From NCBI GenBank assembly GCA_016874535.1, contig VGUA01000001.1, forward strand, positions 41,188-105,187: 64,000 nucleotides of DNA, read 5' to 3'. Position 1 is the stretch's first letter; every line of letters begins with the position of its first letter. Positions 9,611-18,855 of this stretch are shown here, in pieces. The notes beneath the pieces were generated by a model, which saw only the letters and a list, made by a program, of their open reading frames with translations, was not told where the DNA came from and searched no databases. The position numbers were made by a program, and so were the translations under genes. The DNA is from Gammaproteobacteria bacterium. GTDB lineage: Bacteria; Pseudomonadota; Gammaproteobacteria; Ga0077536.

Positions 9611-10990
9611 ATGCGGCGCATGGATATCGCGGGCTACACGATCACGCGCTGCATCGCGCAGGGCGGCATGGCCGCGGCCTATCTCGCGGAGCAGAAATCG
9701 CTGGCCCGCGCGGTCGTACTGAAGGTCCTCGATACCCGCACCAATACTTCTCCGGTCGCACTCCAGCGCTTCCTGAGCGAAGGGCGGCTGCTGGCGGCCT
9801 TGCAACATCCCCACGTGATCACCCTCTACGACATTGGTGCCGTGGATGATTTCGCCTATCTCTCCATGGAATACGTGCCGGGGGGCGATCTCAAGGAGCG
9901 CCTCGGGGCCGGCCCTCTGGCTCCCGAGGAGGCGCTCACCATTCTGGAGCAGGTTGCACGCGGGTTGGGTGCCGCACACGCTCGCGGCATCGTGCATCGG
10001 GACGTGAAGCCCGGGAACATCCTGTTCCGTGCCGACGGCACGGCGGTACTCAGCGACTTCGGCATCGCCAAATCGCTTACCGGCAACACCAACGTCACTT
10101 CCAGCGGGGCCTTCGTCGGCAGCCCCAACTACATGGCTCCCGAACAGGCCAGGCAGGTGGAGATCGATCACCGCGTGGACATCTACGCGCTCGGCGTGAT
10201 CTTTCACGAGATGCTCACCGGCCGGAAACCCTATGCGGCGGACTCGATTGTGGAAGTGATACACCGGCATGCGCATGCGCTGTTGCCGCGCCTTCCGGCC
10301 GATCTGGCGCTCTTTCAGGAACTGCTGGATCGGATGCTCGCGAAAGATCGCACCCAGCGCTTTGGCGATGTGCCGGCGCTGCTCCATTCCCTGGCTTCCA
10401 CCCGCAGTGCGTGGCGACTGCACTTGGCGCAAGGTCAGGGCGAACCGCTGCATGGCAGACCCGTGCGGGTTACACAGCCGGCTGTCGGTGTGCCGCGCGA
10501 GCGACGTCTGCGCCGTTGGCTCCACGGCGTGCTCGCACTCACGCTTTGCGCACACGCCGTGCTCTATGTGCTCGGGGAACGTCTGATGGCACCCTCCAGC
10601 CCATTGCCTGCCACCGCGAGCAACAGCCCGAGCGATCCAGGATCGCCGCAACAGCTGGCTGCGGTGCAGGCCTTGCTGGTGCAGGCTCCACCAGCCCAGC
10701 TGCGTCAAGGCGATGAACTCGAGCGTGCAGGAATGATCAAGGCGCTGCTCTGGCTGGCAGCCCAGGCTCTTGCCGAAGGAAGGCTCACCCTGCCGGCCCC
10801 TGGCAGTGCGCTGTACTACTACGCGCGAGCGTTGCAGCTGGATGCAAGGAATTTGGCTGCAGCGCGTGGCATTGCGGCGATTGCCGCGCGCTACGGGCAA
10901 CTCGCAGAGCACGCGACGCGGGCCGGTGATTCGGTGCTGGCCGAGGCCTACAGGCGCCTGGCCCGCCGGATTGAAGGCATGGCCGGTTGA
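9611..10990 (+). CDS. Hanks-type serine/threonine protein kinase with C-terminal TM/TPR-like region
   Basis: Kinase subdomains are present: VLK (ATP-binding Lys), HRDVKPGNIL, DFGIAK and APE. Start taken at the ATG at 9611, with an alternative ATG at 9620. The track ORF upstream extension has no homology. Confidence 0.8.
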   Translation: MRRMDIAGYTITRCIAQGGMAAAYLAEQKSLARAVVLKVLDTRTNTSPVALQRFLSEGRLLAALQHPHVITLYDIGAVDDFAYLSMEYVPGGDLKERLGAGPLAPEEALTILEQVARGLGAAHARGIVHRDVKPGNILFRADGTAVLSDFGIAKSLTGNTNVTSSGAFVGSPNYMAPEQARQVEIDHRVDIYALGVIFHEMLTGRKPYAADSIVEVIHRHAHALLPRLPADLALFQELLDRMLAKDRTQRFGDVPALLHSLASTRSAWRLHLAQGQGEPLHGRPVRVTQPAVGVPRERRLRRWLHGVLALTLCAHAVLYVLGERLMAPSSPLPATASNSPSDPGSPQQLAAVQALLVQAPPAQLRQGDELERAGMIKALLWLAAQALAEGRLTLPAPGSALYYYARALQLDARNLAAARGIAAIAARYGQLAEHATRAGDSVLAEAYRRLARRIEGMAG

Positions 10991-11026
10991 ACCCGCCCGT
11001 GAGCCGGTACTTGCAAAGCGCCGAGG

Positions 11027-12388
11027 CTAGCGCTTCCCGGTAGGCTCAGGAGGTTCCAGGTGCACCAGCAGCGGTGCCGGTCCACTCTCGATGCGATGAA
11101 TGAGTTCCGTCTGCCGGTTGATCCCGGTCTTGTGGAAGATGTGCTTGAGATGGGTGCGCGCGGTGTTGACCGAAATCTGCAGCTCGTCTGCCGCGTCGTC
11201 CAGGGTCATCCCGTTGGTCATGAACTGCACCAGCTTCGCCTCGGTGTGGGTGAGGCCGTAGAGGCTCGTCAGCACGTCGAACGAGATCTGGCGCTGGGCG
11301 CCACTGTCGAACACGTATACCAGCACCATCGCAGGTTGCTCGCCCTCTGCCGGCGCAGGGACGGGCGCGATCATCAATTCCAGATTTGCGCTCGCGCTCG
11401 ATGAGCGCACCAGCATCACGCCGCTCGCCTTGTCCTCACCGGCCTGCGCCCGCTGCAGTGCAAGTTCCACGAGCTCGCGAAAGCGTTGGTCCTGTGCCTT
11501 GTCCGTGATACTCAGGATCTCATTGCGCAGCTCCAGGCCACGCTGCCGGGTGAGGGTATCGCGGGCACTGCGATTGCCATACTGCAGGCGTCTGGCGGCA
11601 TCGAGCACCAGTACGCCGTGCGGCACGGCATCCAGCGCCTTCAACAGCGCGCGATCGAGCCCGGAACGCTCGGGGGCGCGTCGCGTGCGCGCGGCAGCCA
11701 GGCGCAGCGCCAGTCCATAAGTCTGGCCCCGTGCATCCCGCAAAGGGGTGAGCGTGTCAGTGCATGATTCTGCGGGGCCCGAGCGCCCGCTGCGGGTGCG
11801 GACGAGCACTTCCTCCTGCCCGGTATTGATCACACGCATCACGGCATCCGCCGCAGCTTCCATCGACAGATCGTGGAGGCTTGCCAGCAGCTCGGCGAGC
11901 GGTCTGCCCACCCACTGCCTGCGCGGGATACCGGTCAGGTATTCAGCAGCCGCGTTGGCAAAACCGACCCGGCCTTCGTTGTCGGCCGTGATGACCCCCT
12001 CCTGATCCCGCTCATCTTGGGCCTGGGGGCCCGGTTCGCCGGGCGCGCCCGCGGGCCTGGCATGATTGAGCGCCAGATCGACGGCCGTGAGGAGATCCTT
12101 GGTGGTGAACGGTTTGTTGATGAACCCGGCGGGACGTGTGGCCCGGGCGCGCTCCAGCAGCTGCGCATCGACATGGGCCGACACATAGATCAACGGGAGA
12201 TCCGGGTGATGTTCGCGAATGCGGTGGGCCGCTTCGATGCCATCCATGCCTTCGCCGAGTCGTACATCCATGAGGACGAGATCCGGCTTGAGCTCGATCA
12301 CCTGTTCCAGCGCTTCGAAGCCATCCCGGGCGATTCCGGAGACGTCATAGCCAAGTCCGCGCAGGCGCAGTTTCAGCGCGCCTGCCAC
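11027..12388 (-). CDS. LuxR-family response regulator (receiver-PAS-HTH) with a disrupted receiver N-terminus
   Basis: Receiver core (LVLMDVRLGEGMDG...INKPF), a central PAS-like region and a C-terminal LuxR HTH (LTHTEAKLVQFMTNGMTLDDAADELQISVNTARTHLKHIFHKTG). The only in-frame start is the GTG at 12388. Immediately upstream lies a remnant MKK(I)LIV separated by an in-frame TAA and a frame offset. Confidence 0.65.
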   Translation of the reverse strand: MAGALKLRLRGLGYDVSGIARDGFEALEQVIELKPDLVLMDVRLGEGMDGIEAAHRIREHHPDLPLIYVSAHVDAQLLERARATRPAGFINKPFTTKDLLTAVDLALNHARPAGAPGEPGPQAQDERDQEGVITADNEGRVGFANAAAEYLTGIPRRQWVGRPLAELLASLHDLSMEAAADAVMRVINTGQEEVLVRTRSGRSGPAESCTDTLTPLRDARGQTYGLALRLAAARTRRAPERSGLDRALLKALDAVPHGVLVLDAARRLQYGNRSARDTLTRQRGLELRNEILSITDKAQDQRFRELVELALQRAQAGEDKASGVMLVRSSSASANLELMIAPVPAPAEGEQPAMVLVYVFDSGAQRQISFDVLTSLYGLTHTEAKLVQFMTNGMTLDDAADELQISVNTARTHLKHIFHKTGINRQTELIHRIESGPAPLLVHLEPPEPTGKR

Positions 12389-12455
12389 GGCGCGCTGGTC
12401 TTACACGATCAGGATTTTTTCATTGGCCAAACGGGATGACCCGTCGTGCACACAC

Positions 12456-13790
12456 CTAGTGGTCGTCCCTGAACTGCCGCTGCAGCAGTTCGCGGCGCTC
12501 CTGTGCGTCCACGGTCAGCGTTGCGATGGGGCGTGCCTCGAGGCGGCCGAGGCCGATCTCCTCGCCCGTCTCTTCGCAATAGCCATACGAGCCGTCTTCG
12601 ATACGTTTCAGCGCCTGCTCTATCTTGCTCAGGAGCTTTCGGTACCGGTCGCGCGTGCGCAGCTCGAGAATGTTGTCACTCTCGCGGCTCGCACGCTCGG
12701 CTTCGTCACCCACATCACGCGTTTCAGTGCGTAGATGTTCGAGGGTTTCCTGCGACTCGTTGATCAGATCCTGCCGCCAGTTTTCCAGTTTCTGCTTGAA
12801 GTACGCCAAGTGCTGGGCACTCATGTACTCCTCGCCGGGGGAGGGCCGATAGCCCTCGGGAAGTTTTATCTCGTCCAGATTGATGACCTTGCGAACAATA
12901 CTCACCGGCTTCGCTTCAGGCCTGGCGGGGGCCTTGCGGACCGGTTCTGATTTCAGTTTCCTGTCGGGGGTCGCCGGTGTCTTGGCGGCCACTACTTCGG
13001 GTTTTGCGGCCGCAGCCTTGGGGGCTTGCGGCAGGGCGGTTGGCTTTGAGACCGCAGCCTTGGCCGGGCTCGCGGGTACCGCCTGGGGTTTTGCATTCGG
13101 GGCCGCCACCTTGGCGGGTGTAGCCTTCGTTGCCGGAGCCTTGGCCGCCGCCGTCTTCACGGGCGCGGATTTGGCCGCAGGTCCTGTCGCTGCCTTGACC
13201 GGTGAAGCTTTGGCCGCCGATGCCTTGGGTGCAGCCGCCTTCGCAGGCACGGTTTTGACTGCAGGTTTGGCGGCAGGCTTTTTGGCCGGAGTCTTCGCTG
13301 GAGCTTTGGCCGCCGGCGCCTTCGCAGGCTTGGCAGCGGCTTTGGGCACTGCCTTGGCGACAGGCTTGGCAGCGGCTTTGGGCACCGCCTTGGCGACAGG
13401 CTTGGAAGCGGCTTTGGGCACCGCCCTGGCGACAGGCTTGGAAGCGGCTTTGGGCACTGCCTTGGCGACAGGCTTGGCAGCAGCTTTGGCCACCGGCTTG
13501 GCCGCTAGCTTCTTCGCGACCGCCTTTGGTGCGGCCTTGGCCGGGGCTTTCTTCGCCGGTGCAGGTTTTGCCGACTTGGCGGCAGGTTTGGGAGCAACCT
13601 TGGCAGCGGCCTTGGCTGCCGGGACTTTCTTCGCGGGTTTGGCGGCTGCGCTGGGCTTGGCCGGCGCCTTGCGGGCGGCCGAAGCAGATTTCTTGCTGGC
13701 CGGGGCCTTGGCTTTCGATGTTGCCACGCGCTTCCTCCGATCCGTTTCGAGATTCGCGGCAACTGCCGCCACGTTCCGAGTGACTGCCAT
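12456..13790 (-). CDS. dksA: DksA-domain protein (C-terminal 149 aa) fused in-frame to an N-terminal ~300-aa AKP/KPAA-repeat histone-H1/AlgP-like region
   Basis: The C-terminus aligns along its full length with E. coli DksA (PGEEYM..QLA.F...LE.WR..L, the CxxC...Cys4-like zinc ribbon with one Cys replaced, YGYCEETGEEIGLGRLEARP). No stop separates it from the upstream Lys/Ala/Pro repeat region, whose 36-bp DNA periodicity conserves 12-aa units (KPVAKAVPKAAA). The ATG at 13790 is preceded by AAGGTG. An alternative stand-alone DksA could start at the GTG at ~12905. Confidence 0.5.
   Translation of the reverse strand: MAVTRNVAAVAANLETDRRKRVATSKAKAPASKKSASAARKAPAKPSAAAKPAKKVPAAKAAAKVAPKPAAKSAKPAPAKKAPAKAAPKAVAKKLAAKPVAKAAAKPVAKAVPKAASKPVARAVPKAASKPVAKAVPKAAAKPVAKAVPKAAAKPAKAPAAKAPAKTPAKKPAAKPAVKTVPAKAAAPKASAAKASPVKAATGPAAKSAPVKTAAAKAPATKATPAKVAAPNAKPQAVPASPAKAAVSKPTALPQAPKAAAAKPEVVAAKTPATPDRKLKSEPVRKAPARPEAKPVSIVRKVINLDEIKLPEGYRPSPGEEYMSAQHLAYFKQKLENWRQDLINESQETLEHLRTETRDVGDEAERASRESDNILELRTRDRYRKLLSKIEQALKRIEDGSYGYCEETGEEIGLGRLEARPIATLTVDAQERRELLQRQFRDDH
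13327..13506. repeat. Tandem 36-bp repeats (about 5 copies, GGCTTGGCAGCGGCTTTGGGCACTGCCTTGGCGACA) encoding KPVAKAVPKAAS units
   Basis: Near-identical consecutive 36-mers with a few substitutions lie inside the N-terminal extension of the DksA-domain ORF. Confidence 0.8.
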
Positions 13791-14004
13791 ATTCAGCGGC
13801 GGCACCTTAATCATTTTCCCATGACAGCGCAACGACGCGGGTCGCGCGCTGGCTTTCACTCCCCCAACGCCTTTTAGTAGTATGCCGGCTGCTCTGGAGA
13901 CCTTCGTTGGGGGACGATCTCCGGACTTACTCTTCAGGATCAGACGAACTTCACGCGCCTCGGCCAGAACGAGCGAGCGAGCGCCGAGTTCGAGGAGCGA
14001 TTGA

Positions 14005-14343
14005 ATGAACAAGCGTTACATCCCGGGACTGCTCTCCAGTCTGCTCATCGCCCATGCCGGTTCGGTCATGGCGCAGGGCGCCTCAGCCGAGGGCGACGTG
14101 GTGGCTGGCCGCCTCGCCGCAGAAACCTGTCTCGGCTGCCATGCAGTCGAGGGCTACTTCAATGTGTATCCGTCCTACAAGGTGCCCAAACTCGGAGGAC
14201 AGCAGGCCGGTTACATCGCGTCAGCCCTCAAGGTCTACAAGGACGGGTCGCGCAAGCACGACACGATGCACGCCAACGCGGTTGCTCTCAGCGATGAGGC
14301 CATCGCCAACATCGCCGCCTATTTCGCCAGCCAGGGCAAGTGA
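14005..14343 (+). CDS. mono-haem c-type cytochrome (class I, c4/c553-like half)
   Basis: Signal peptide followed by a CLGCH haem-binding motif and a downstream Met ligand region. Confidence 0.8.
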   Translation: MNKRYIPGLLSSLLIAHAGSVMAQGASAEGDVVAGRLAAETCLGCHAVEGYFNVYPSYKVPKLGGQQAGYIASALKVYKDGSRKHDTMHANAVALSDEAIANIAAYFASQGK

Positions 14344-14388
14344 GCGGCAGCTGTCCGCACCGCTGCCAAGAATCCGGAGTATCCCAGC

Positions 14389-14739
14389 ATGATTTCACTG
14401 CGCCCCATCGTCCTTGCCGCCGGCCTCGCACTCTCAGTCCCCGCCCTGGCGACAGGAGAGGCAGCCGAAGGACCCGCCTTTGACCAGAAGCTCGCCGCTT
14501 GCGCCGCCTGTCATGGCGAGAATGGCGCCAAGCCCATCATGGCCGAATACCCGATTATCGCCGGTCAGTATGCCGACTATCTGGCGTCTGCACTGCGTGC
14601 CTACCGGGATGGTCGTCGCAACAACGCAGTGATGGCCTCGCAGCTGCTGGCACTGCAGCTCAGTGATTCCGATATCGACCGTCTCGCCGATCACTTCTCC
14701 AAACAGGCGAGCCCGTTGGCGGTACTCAAGGCTCGTTGA
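14389..14739 (+). CDS. mono-haem c-type cytochrome (class I)
   Basis: Signal peptide (LAAGLALSVPALA) and a CAACH motif. Paralogous to the upstream gene; together they resemble a split cytochrome c4. Confidence 0.8.
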   Translation: MISLRPIVLAAGLALSVPALATGEAAEGPAFDQKLAACAACHGENGAKPIMAEYPIIAGQYADYLASALRAYRDGRRNNAVMASQLLALQLSDSDIDRLADHFSKQASPLAVLKAR

Positions 14740-14753
14740 GCCATCCGTGATCT

Positions 14754-14782
14754 CCCCCATCAGCGGCATTCGCTGATGGGGG
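14754..14782. terminator. GC-rich hairpin between convergent genes (CCCCCATCAGCG-GCATT-CGCTGATGGGGG)
   Basis: Perfect 12-bp stem with a 5-nt loop located between the cytochrome c stop (14739) and the dienelactone hydrolase stop (14840). It is followed on the + strand by TCCTCTCC, a weak U-tract. Confidence 0.4.
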
Positions 14783-14839
14783 TCCTCTCCGCGTCGCAGC
14801 GGCGGCAAGTGGCGCGTGGCCGGGCACTCCGGCCGCATT

Positions 14840-15556
14840 TCAGTCGACCACTTCTTCCAGGAAATTGAGCAGGCTCTGCCAAGATCGCCTGTCCGCTGTC
14901 TCGCTGTAGGCATTGCCGGTCTCCGGCTGGCGCGCTTCCGGATTGGTGAAGGCGTGCAGCGTCCGGCCATAGGCATGCAGCTGCCAGTCCGCATCGGCAC
15001 GGGTCATTTCCTGCGCAAAAGCCACCACCTTCTCTGGTGGACAAAGCGGATCTTCGTGTCCGTGCAGGGCGAGCACCTTGGCCCGGATGCTTTTGCCGGC
15101 AGGCAGGTTGTCCGGTGCATCGAGCAGCCCGTGGAAGCTCACCACGCCCTGTACCGCAGCCCCGCTGCGTGCCATGTCGAGCACGCCTAGGCCGCCAAAG
15201 CAGAATCCGATGGCCACGATGCGGCGGGGATCCACGCCCGGCTGGCGCGCAAAACAGGTGAGCGCAGCCTTGAGGCAATCTTGGAGTTTCGCCCTGTCAT
15301 CCAGAAAAGGCTGCATGAGCGCGGCATTCTCTGCCGGCCCGGTGCCGAGCACGCCGCGGCCGTAGAGATCCGCGGCAAACGCGGCGTAACCCCTGGCTGC
15401 CAGCGCGCGGGCACGGTTGCATTCAAAGGCGGAACGGCCAGCCCAGGCGTGGACGATGAGCACGCCGGGCAATGGTCCCTGCCGGTTTTCCGGAGCGCAG
15501 AGCAAGCCCTCGAGAAGAGTCTCCTCGTGGGTGTATTCAAGCAGCTTTTCCAGCAT
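14840..15556 (-). CDS. dienelactone hydrolase family protein
   Basis: alpha/beta-hydrolase with the nucleophile motif GFCFGG and DLH-like LIVHAWAG...HGHEDP blocks. Start taken at the Met preceded by GAGGA. Confidence 0.8.
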   Translation of the reverse strand: MLEKLLEYTHEETLLEGLLCAPENRQGPLPGVLIVHAWAGRSAFECNRARALAARGYAAFAADLYGRGVLGTGPAENAALMQPFLDDRAKLQDCLKAALTCFARQPGVDPRRIVAIGFCFGGLGVLDMARSGAAVQGVVSFHGLLDAPDNLPAGKSIRAKVLALHGHEDPLCPPEKVVAFAQEMTRADADWQLHAYGRTLHAFTNPEARQPETGNAYSETADRRSWQSLLNFLEEVVD

Positions 15557-15663
15557 TCCCTTTGTCCTCGCAACAAGCCCCGGGGCGACGAAGTCTGCAG
15601 GATCCCGAGGAGACAGAGAAGCCGACAATCAACTGCGGGTTGACGCTCCCTCCTGCATCACCA

Positions 15664-16602
15664 ATGCTCGGCAGCATGCACCGTGCTCATCGTCTTTTGC
15701 TGTCTGGCCTGCTGCTCGTGTGGGTGGCTGCGCCACTGGGTGCACCCGTCACGCACAAGATCACGCTGGAAGAGCCCGCCCCCGGCCTCTTCGTCCATCA
15801 GGGGCAGTCGGTGGATACCGACAGTCCCGCCCGCGCCGACATGGCGAATATCGGATTCATCGTCGGCCGGAAATGCGTGGCCGTGATCGACACGGGGGGC
15901 AGTGTCGCAGTGGGCACCGCCTTGCGCGCACAGATCAGGCAACACACGGCCTTGCCCGTCTGCTTCGTCATCAATACCCATGGACACTTTGATCACGCAC
16001 TTGGCAACGCGGCCTTCGCGGAAGATCGTCCCGAGTACATCGGGCACGCCGAACTCGCGACGATGCTGGGCGGCAGCGAGGCTTTTTTTCATGAGCACTT
16101 CGCGGACGAACTGCGGGGTGTGCCTGAGCCCGCGATTGTCCTGCCCACGCGCACGGTGGAGGGGACACTGGAGCTCGATCTGGGTGAACGCGTGCTGCGC
16201 CTGCGGGCGCAGCCTGTTGCCCACAGCATGGCTGATCTGACCGTGGAAGACGTGACCACCGCGACCCTGTGGACGGGTGATCTGTTGTTCAACGGGCGCC
16301 TGCCGGTCCTCGATGGCAGTCTCCGTGGCTGGCAGGCCTGGATGCGGACGAATGCCTCAGCCGAGCACCCGCTCGTGATTCCCGGCCATGGGCCACTCAT
16401 CCACGATTGGCCGGCGCCACTGCGGCTACAGCAGGTCTATCTGGATGAACTGGAGCGCACGGTCCGTACGGCCATCGCCGAAGGTCTCTTTCTGGAAGAT
16501 CTGCTCGCGGCGGCATCCAACACCGCACCTGCAGGCTGGCAGATTGTTCGCCCGCATGCGCGCAATCTCGGCCGCGCCTGGCGGGAACTCGAGTGGGAGT
16601 GA
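15664..16602 (+). CDS. MBL-fold metallo-hydrolase (secreted)
   Basis: Signal peptide plus the HxHxDH zinc motif (NTHGHFDH) and downstream His/Asp ligands. Confidence 0.75.
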   Translation: MLGSMHRAHRLLLSGLLLVWVAAPLGAPVTHKITLEEPAPGLFVHQGQSVDTDSPARADMANIGFIVGRKCVAVIDTGGSVAVGTALRAQIRQHTALPVCFVINTHGHFDHALGNAAFAEDRPEYIGHAELATMLGGSEAFFHEHFADELRGVPEPAIVLPTRTVEGTLELDLGERVLRLRAQPVAHSMADLTVEDVTTATLWTGDLLFNGRLPVLDGSLRGWQAWMRTNASAEHPLVIPGHGPLIHDWPAPLRLQQVYLDELERTVRTAIAEGLFLEDLLAAASNTAPAGWQIVRPHARNLGRAWRELEWE

Positions 16603-16624
16603 GAGCAGACGGGGCGCAGTGCGC

Positions 16625-17347
16625 TCAGAATCTGGCGCCCAGGCTGCTGCACAGAAAGCGCATCAGCGGTGTCGCCGAGGCATAGGTTTCCAGCGCGAAA
16701 TCGAGCATCCCGGCATCGAACAGCAGGCCTTCCTCGAAGTGTCGCAGCACGATGAAATCCTTGCGCTTCAGATCTTCCTGCCACGGGTGCCCCTCGGGGA
16801 TGGGCAGATCAACCGGCAGGCGTTTCAACGCCTCGCCGTGAAAGCCGAAACCGCCCGCGCGCGTGAGTGCGCGTCGCACAGTGCCCCAGGCGCGCGGTTT
16901 TTCCACGATGGCCGAGCGCATGCGATTGAGTGCGGGACGTTCCGGATGCCACACGCCGCAGGCCAGGAAGCATTCGTCCACGCCGATGTGCAGGTAATAC
17001 CCGGGCGCGTGGACATCGAAGTTCGAGTCGTGCCTGAAGTGAATGCCGATATTGGTCTTGTAGGGGCGCTTGTCATGCGCGAAACGGGTGTCCCTCTGGA
17101 TCCGGAACAGCGAACCGCCCACCCGTTTCGGGATGCACAGGAAATGGGGTGAGATGCCGGCAAGGGGCGCTGCCATGCACTCGATGAAGTCGAGTGCCTT
17201 GGCGACCACTTCCTCCTCGAAGCGACTCTTGTTGGCCGCAAACCAGTCCCGGTTGTTGTTTTGCGCGAGCTGGTGCAGGAATTCCAGCATGGCCGGGGTA
17301 AAGCCCTTGAACGTGGGCACGCTGCGGGCAACGACTTTCTTTTTCAT
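16625..17347 (-). CDS. DUF2461 (TIGR02453) family protein
   Basis: Motif SLFRIQRDTRFAHDKRPYKTNIGIHF is typical of the DUF2461 family. Start taken at MKKKV. Confidence 0.65.
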   Translation of the reverse strand: MKKKVVARSVPTFKGFTPAMLEFLHQLAQNNNRDWFAANKSRFEEEVVAKALDFIECMAAPLAGISPHFLCIPKRVGGSLFRIQRDTRFAHDKRPYKTNIGIHFRHDSNFDVHAPGYYLHIGVDECFLACGVWHPERPALNRMRSAIVEKPRAWGTVRRALTRAGGFGFHGEALKRLPVDLPIPEGHPWQEDLKRKDFIVLRHFEEGLLFDAGMLDFALETYASATPLMRFLCSSLGARF

Positions 17348-17361
17348 GGAGGAAGATCCGC

Positions 17362-18855
17362 TCAGGAATGCTGCCAATGTCCGGCACGACCGACGGCCTC
17401 GTGCCAGCGTGAGATCAACGGCGCCCACACTGCACCCGCTTCAGTGACAGGGCGGTATTCGCGCACGCCTTGGCCCAGCAGGTTTGCAAGCTGCGCGGTA
17501 TCCGACCACAGTCCGCAGCCGATGCCCGCCATGGCCGCGGCGCCGCGCGCAGTCGTTTCGAGATCCGCAGGCTGACGCAGCGTGCAGCCGAGCACATCGG
17601 CCTGCATCTGCATGAGCAAGGCATTGGCCGAGGCGCCACCATCCACCTTGAGTGTGGACAGCGCAACACCGGTGTCGCGTGTCATGGCGCTGAGCACATC
17701 GTGGATCTGCAGCGCGATCGCCTCGAGTGCGGCCCGCGCGAGGTGAGCGCGCCCGGTGCCGCGGGTGAGGCCGATGATGAGGCCACGCGCTTCTGCATCC
17801 CACCACGGCGCACCGAGCCCCGTGAAGGCTGGCACCAGCACCACGCCGTCGCTGTCCTTCACCGAGGCCGCGAGGGCTTCGATGGCAGCTGCACTGTCGA
17901 TGATGCCGAGGCCGTCCCGCAACCATTGCACCAAGGCGCCACCCATGAACACGCTGCCTTCGAGAGCGAATTCGCGCTCGCCTGCGCGTGACCAGGCCAC
18001 CGTGGTGAGCAGCCGGTTGGCCGAGCATGGGATATTGCGCCCGGTGTGCTGAAGAATGAAACAACCCGTGCCATAGGTGCACTTGGCCTCACCCGGGCTG
18101 AAGCAGCCTTGACCGAAGAGTGCCGCCTGCTGATCCCCGGCAAGGCCCGCCAACGGTGCATCCACGCCCGGGAGCGCGGTGATCGTAGCGATTGTGCCGA
18201 TGGAATCGGTGATTTCGGGCAAGACTTCCACAGGAATGTTCCACCAGCGCAGCAATTCGGGATCCCAGCTGCCTGTGTGCAGGTTGTAGAGCTGGGTCCT
18301 GGAGGCATTGCTGGCATCGGTGATGTGCGTGCGCCTGCCGGACAACTGCCAGATGAGCCAGGTGTCGATGGTGCCTGCGGCAAGTTCACCGCGCGCCGCG
18401 CGCGCCCTGGCACCCGGGCAGTGATCGAGCAACCAGGCGAGCTTGCTGGCACTGAAGTAGGGATCGATCACGAGGCCCGAACGGGCCTGAATCTCCGCTT
18501 CCAGTCCTTCCGCCCGCAAGCGTTGACAGGCATCCGCGGTGCGGCGGTCCTGCCACACCAAGGCCCGGTGCAGCGGCTCGCCGGTACGGCGATCCCACAG
18601 CACCAGCGTTTCCCGTTGGTTGGTGATCCCCACGGCCTCGATGCTGGAGGCCGGAATTCCAGCATTCGCAATCGCGGCCATAGCCACGTCACGCTGATCC
18701 TGCCAAAGGCCGAGCGCGTCCTGCTCCACATGCCCGGGCTCGGGAAAATATTGCGCAAGCGGCTTCGCCGCGTGTCCACGCACGGTCAGTGTCTCGTCGT
18801 AGACGATGGCCCGGGAACTGGTGGTGCCCTGGTCCAGGGCGAGCAGGAATGGCAT
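17362..18855 (-). CDS. glpK: glycerol kinase
   Basis: 497 aa with FGGY kinase motifs (LALDQGTTSSR, GTSCF-like) aligned along its full length to GlpK. Confidence 0.9.
   Translation of the reverse strand: MPFLLALDQGTTSSRAIVYDETLTVRGHAAKPLAQYFPEPGHVEQDALGLWQDQRDVAMAAIANAGIPASSIEAVGITNQRETLVLWDRRTGEPLHRALVWQDRRTADACQRLRAEGLEAEIQARSGLVIDPYFSASKLAWLLDHCPGARARAARGELAAGTIDTWLIWQLSGRRTHITDASNASRTQLYNLHTGSWDPELLRWWNIPVEVLPEITDSIGTIATITALPGVDAPLAGLAGDQQAALFGQGCFSPGEAKCTYGTGCFILQHTGRNIPCSANRLLTTVAWSRAGEREFALEGSVFMGGALVQWLRDGLGIIDSAAAIEALAASVKDSDGVVLVPAFTGLGAPWWDAEARGLIIGLTRGTGRAHLARAALEAIALQIHDVLSAMTRDTGVALSTLKVDGGASANALLMQMQADVLGCTLRQPADLETTARGAAAMAGIGCGLWSDTAQLANLLGQGVREYRPVTEAGAVWAPLISRWHEAVGRAGHWQHS

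Noticed and set aside
9353-10912. 519-aa ORF on the minus strand
   Set aside because: It is antisense to the well-supported Ser/Thr kinase gene and has no domain signature. Long spurious antisense ORFs are expected at this GC content. The same applies to 5315..6424, 28331..29761, 41369..42151 and 58560..59270.
12880-13824. 314-aa Ala/Gly/Leu-rich ORF on the plus strand
   Set aside because: It is the antisense reading of the AKP/KPAA repeat region. The repeat periodicity conserves the Lys/Pro pattern on the minus strand, not this frame.
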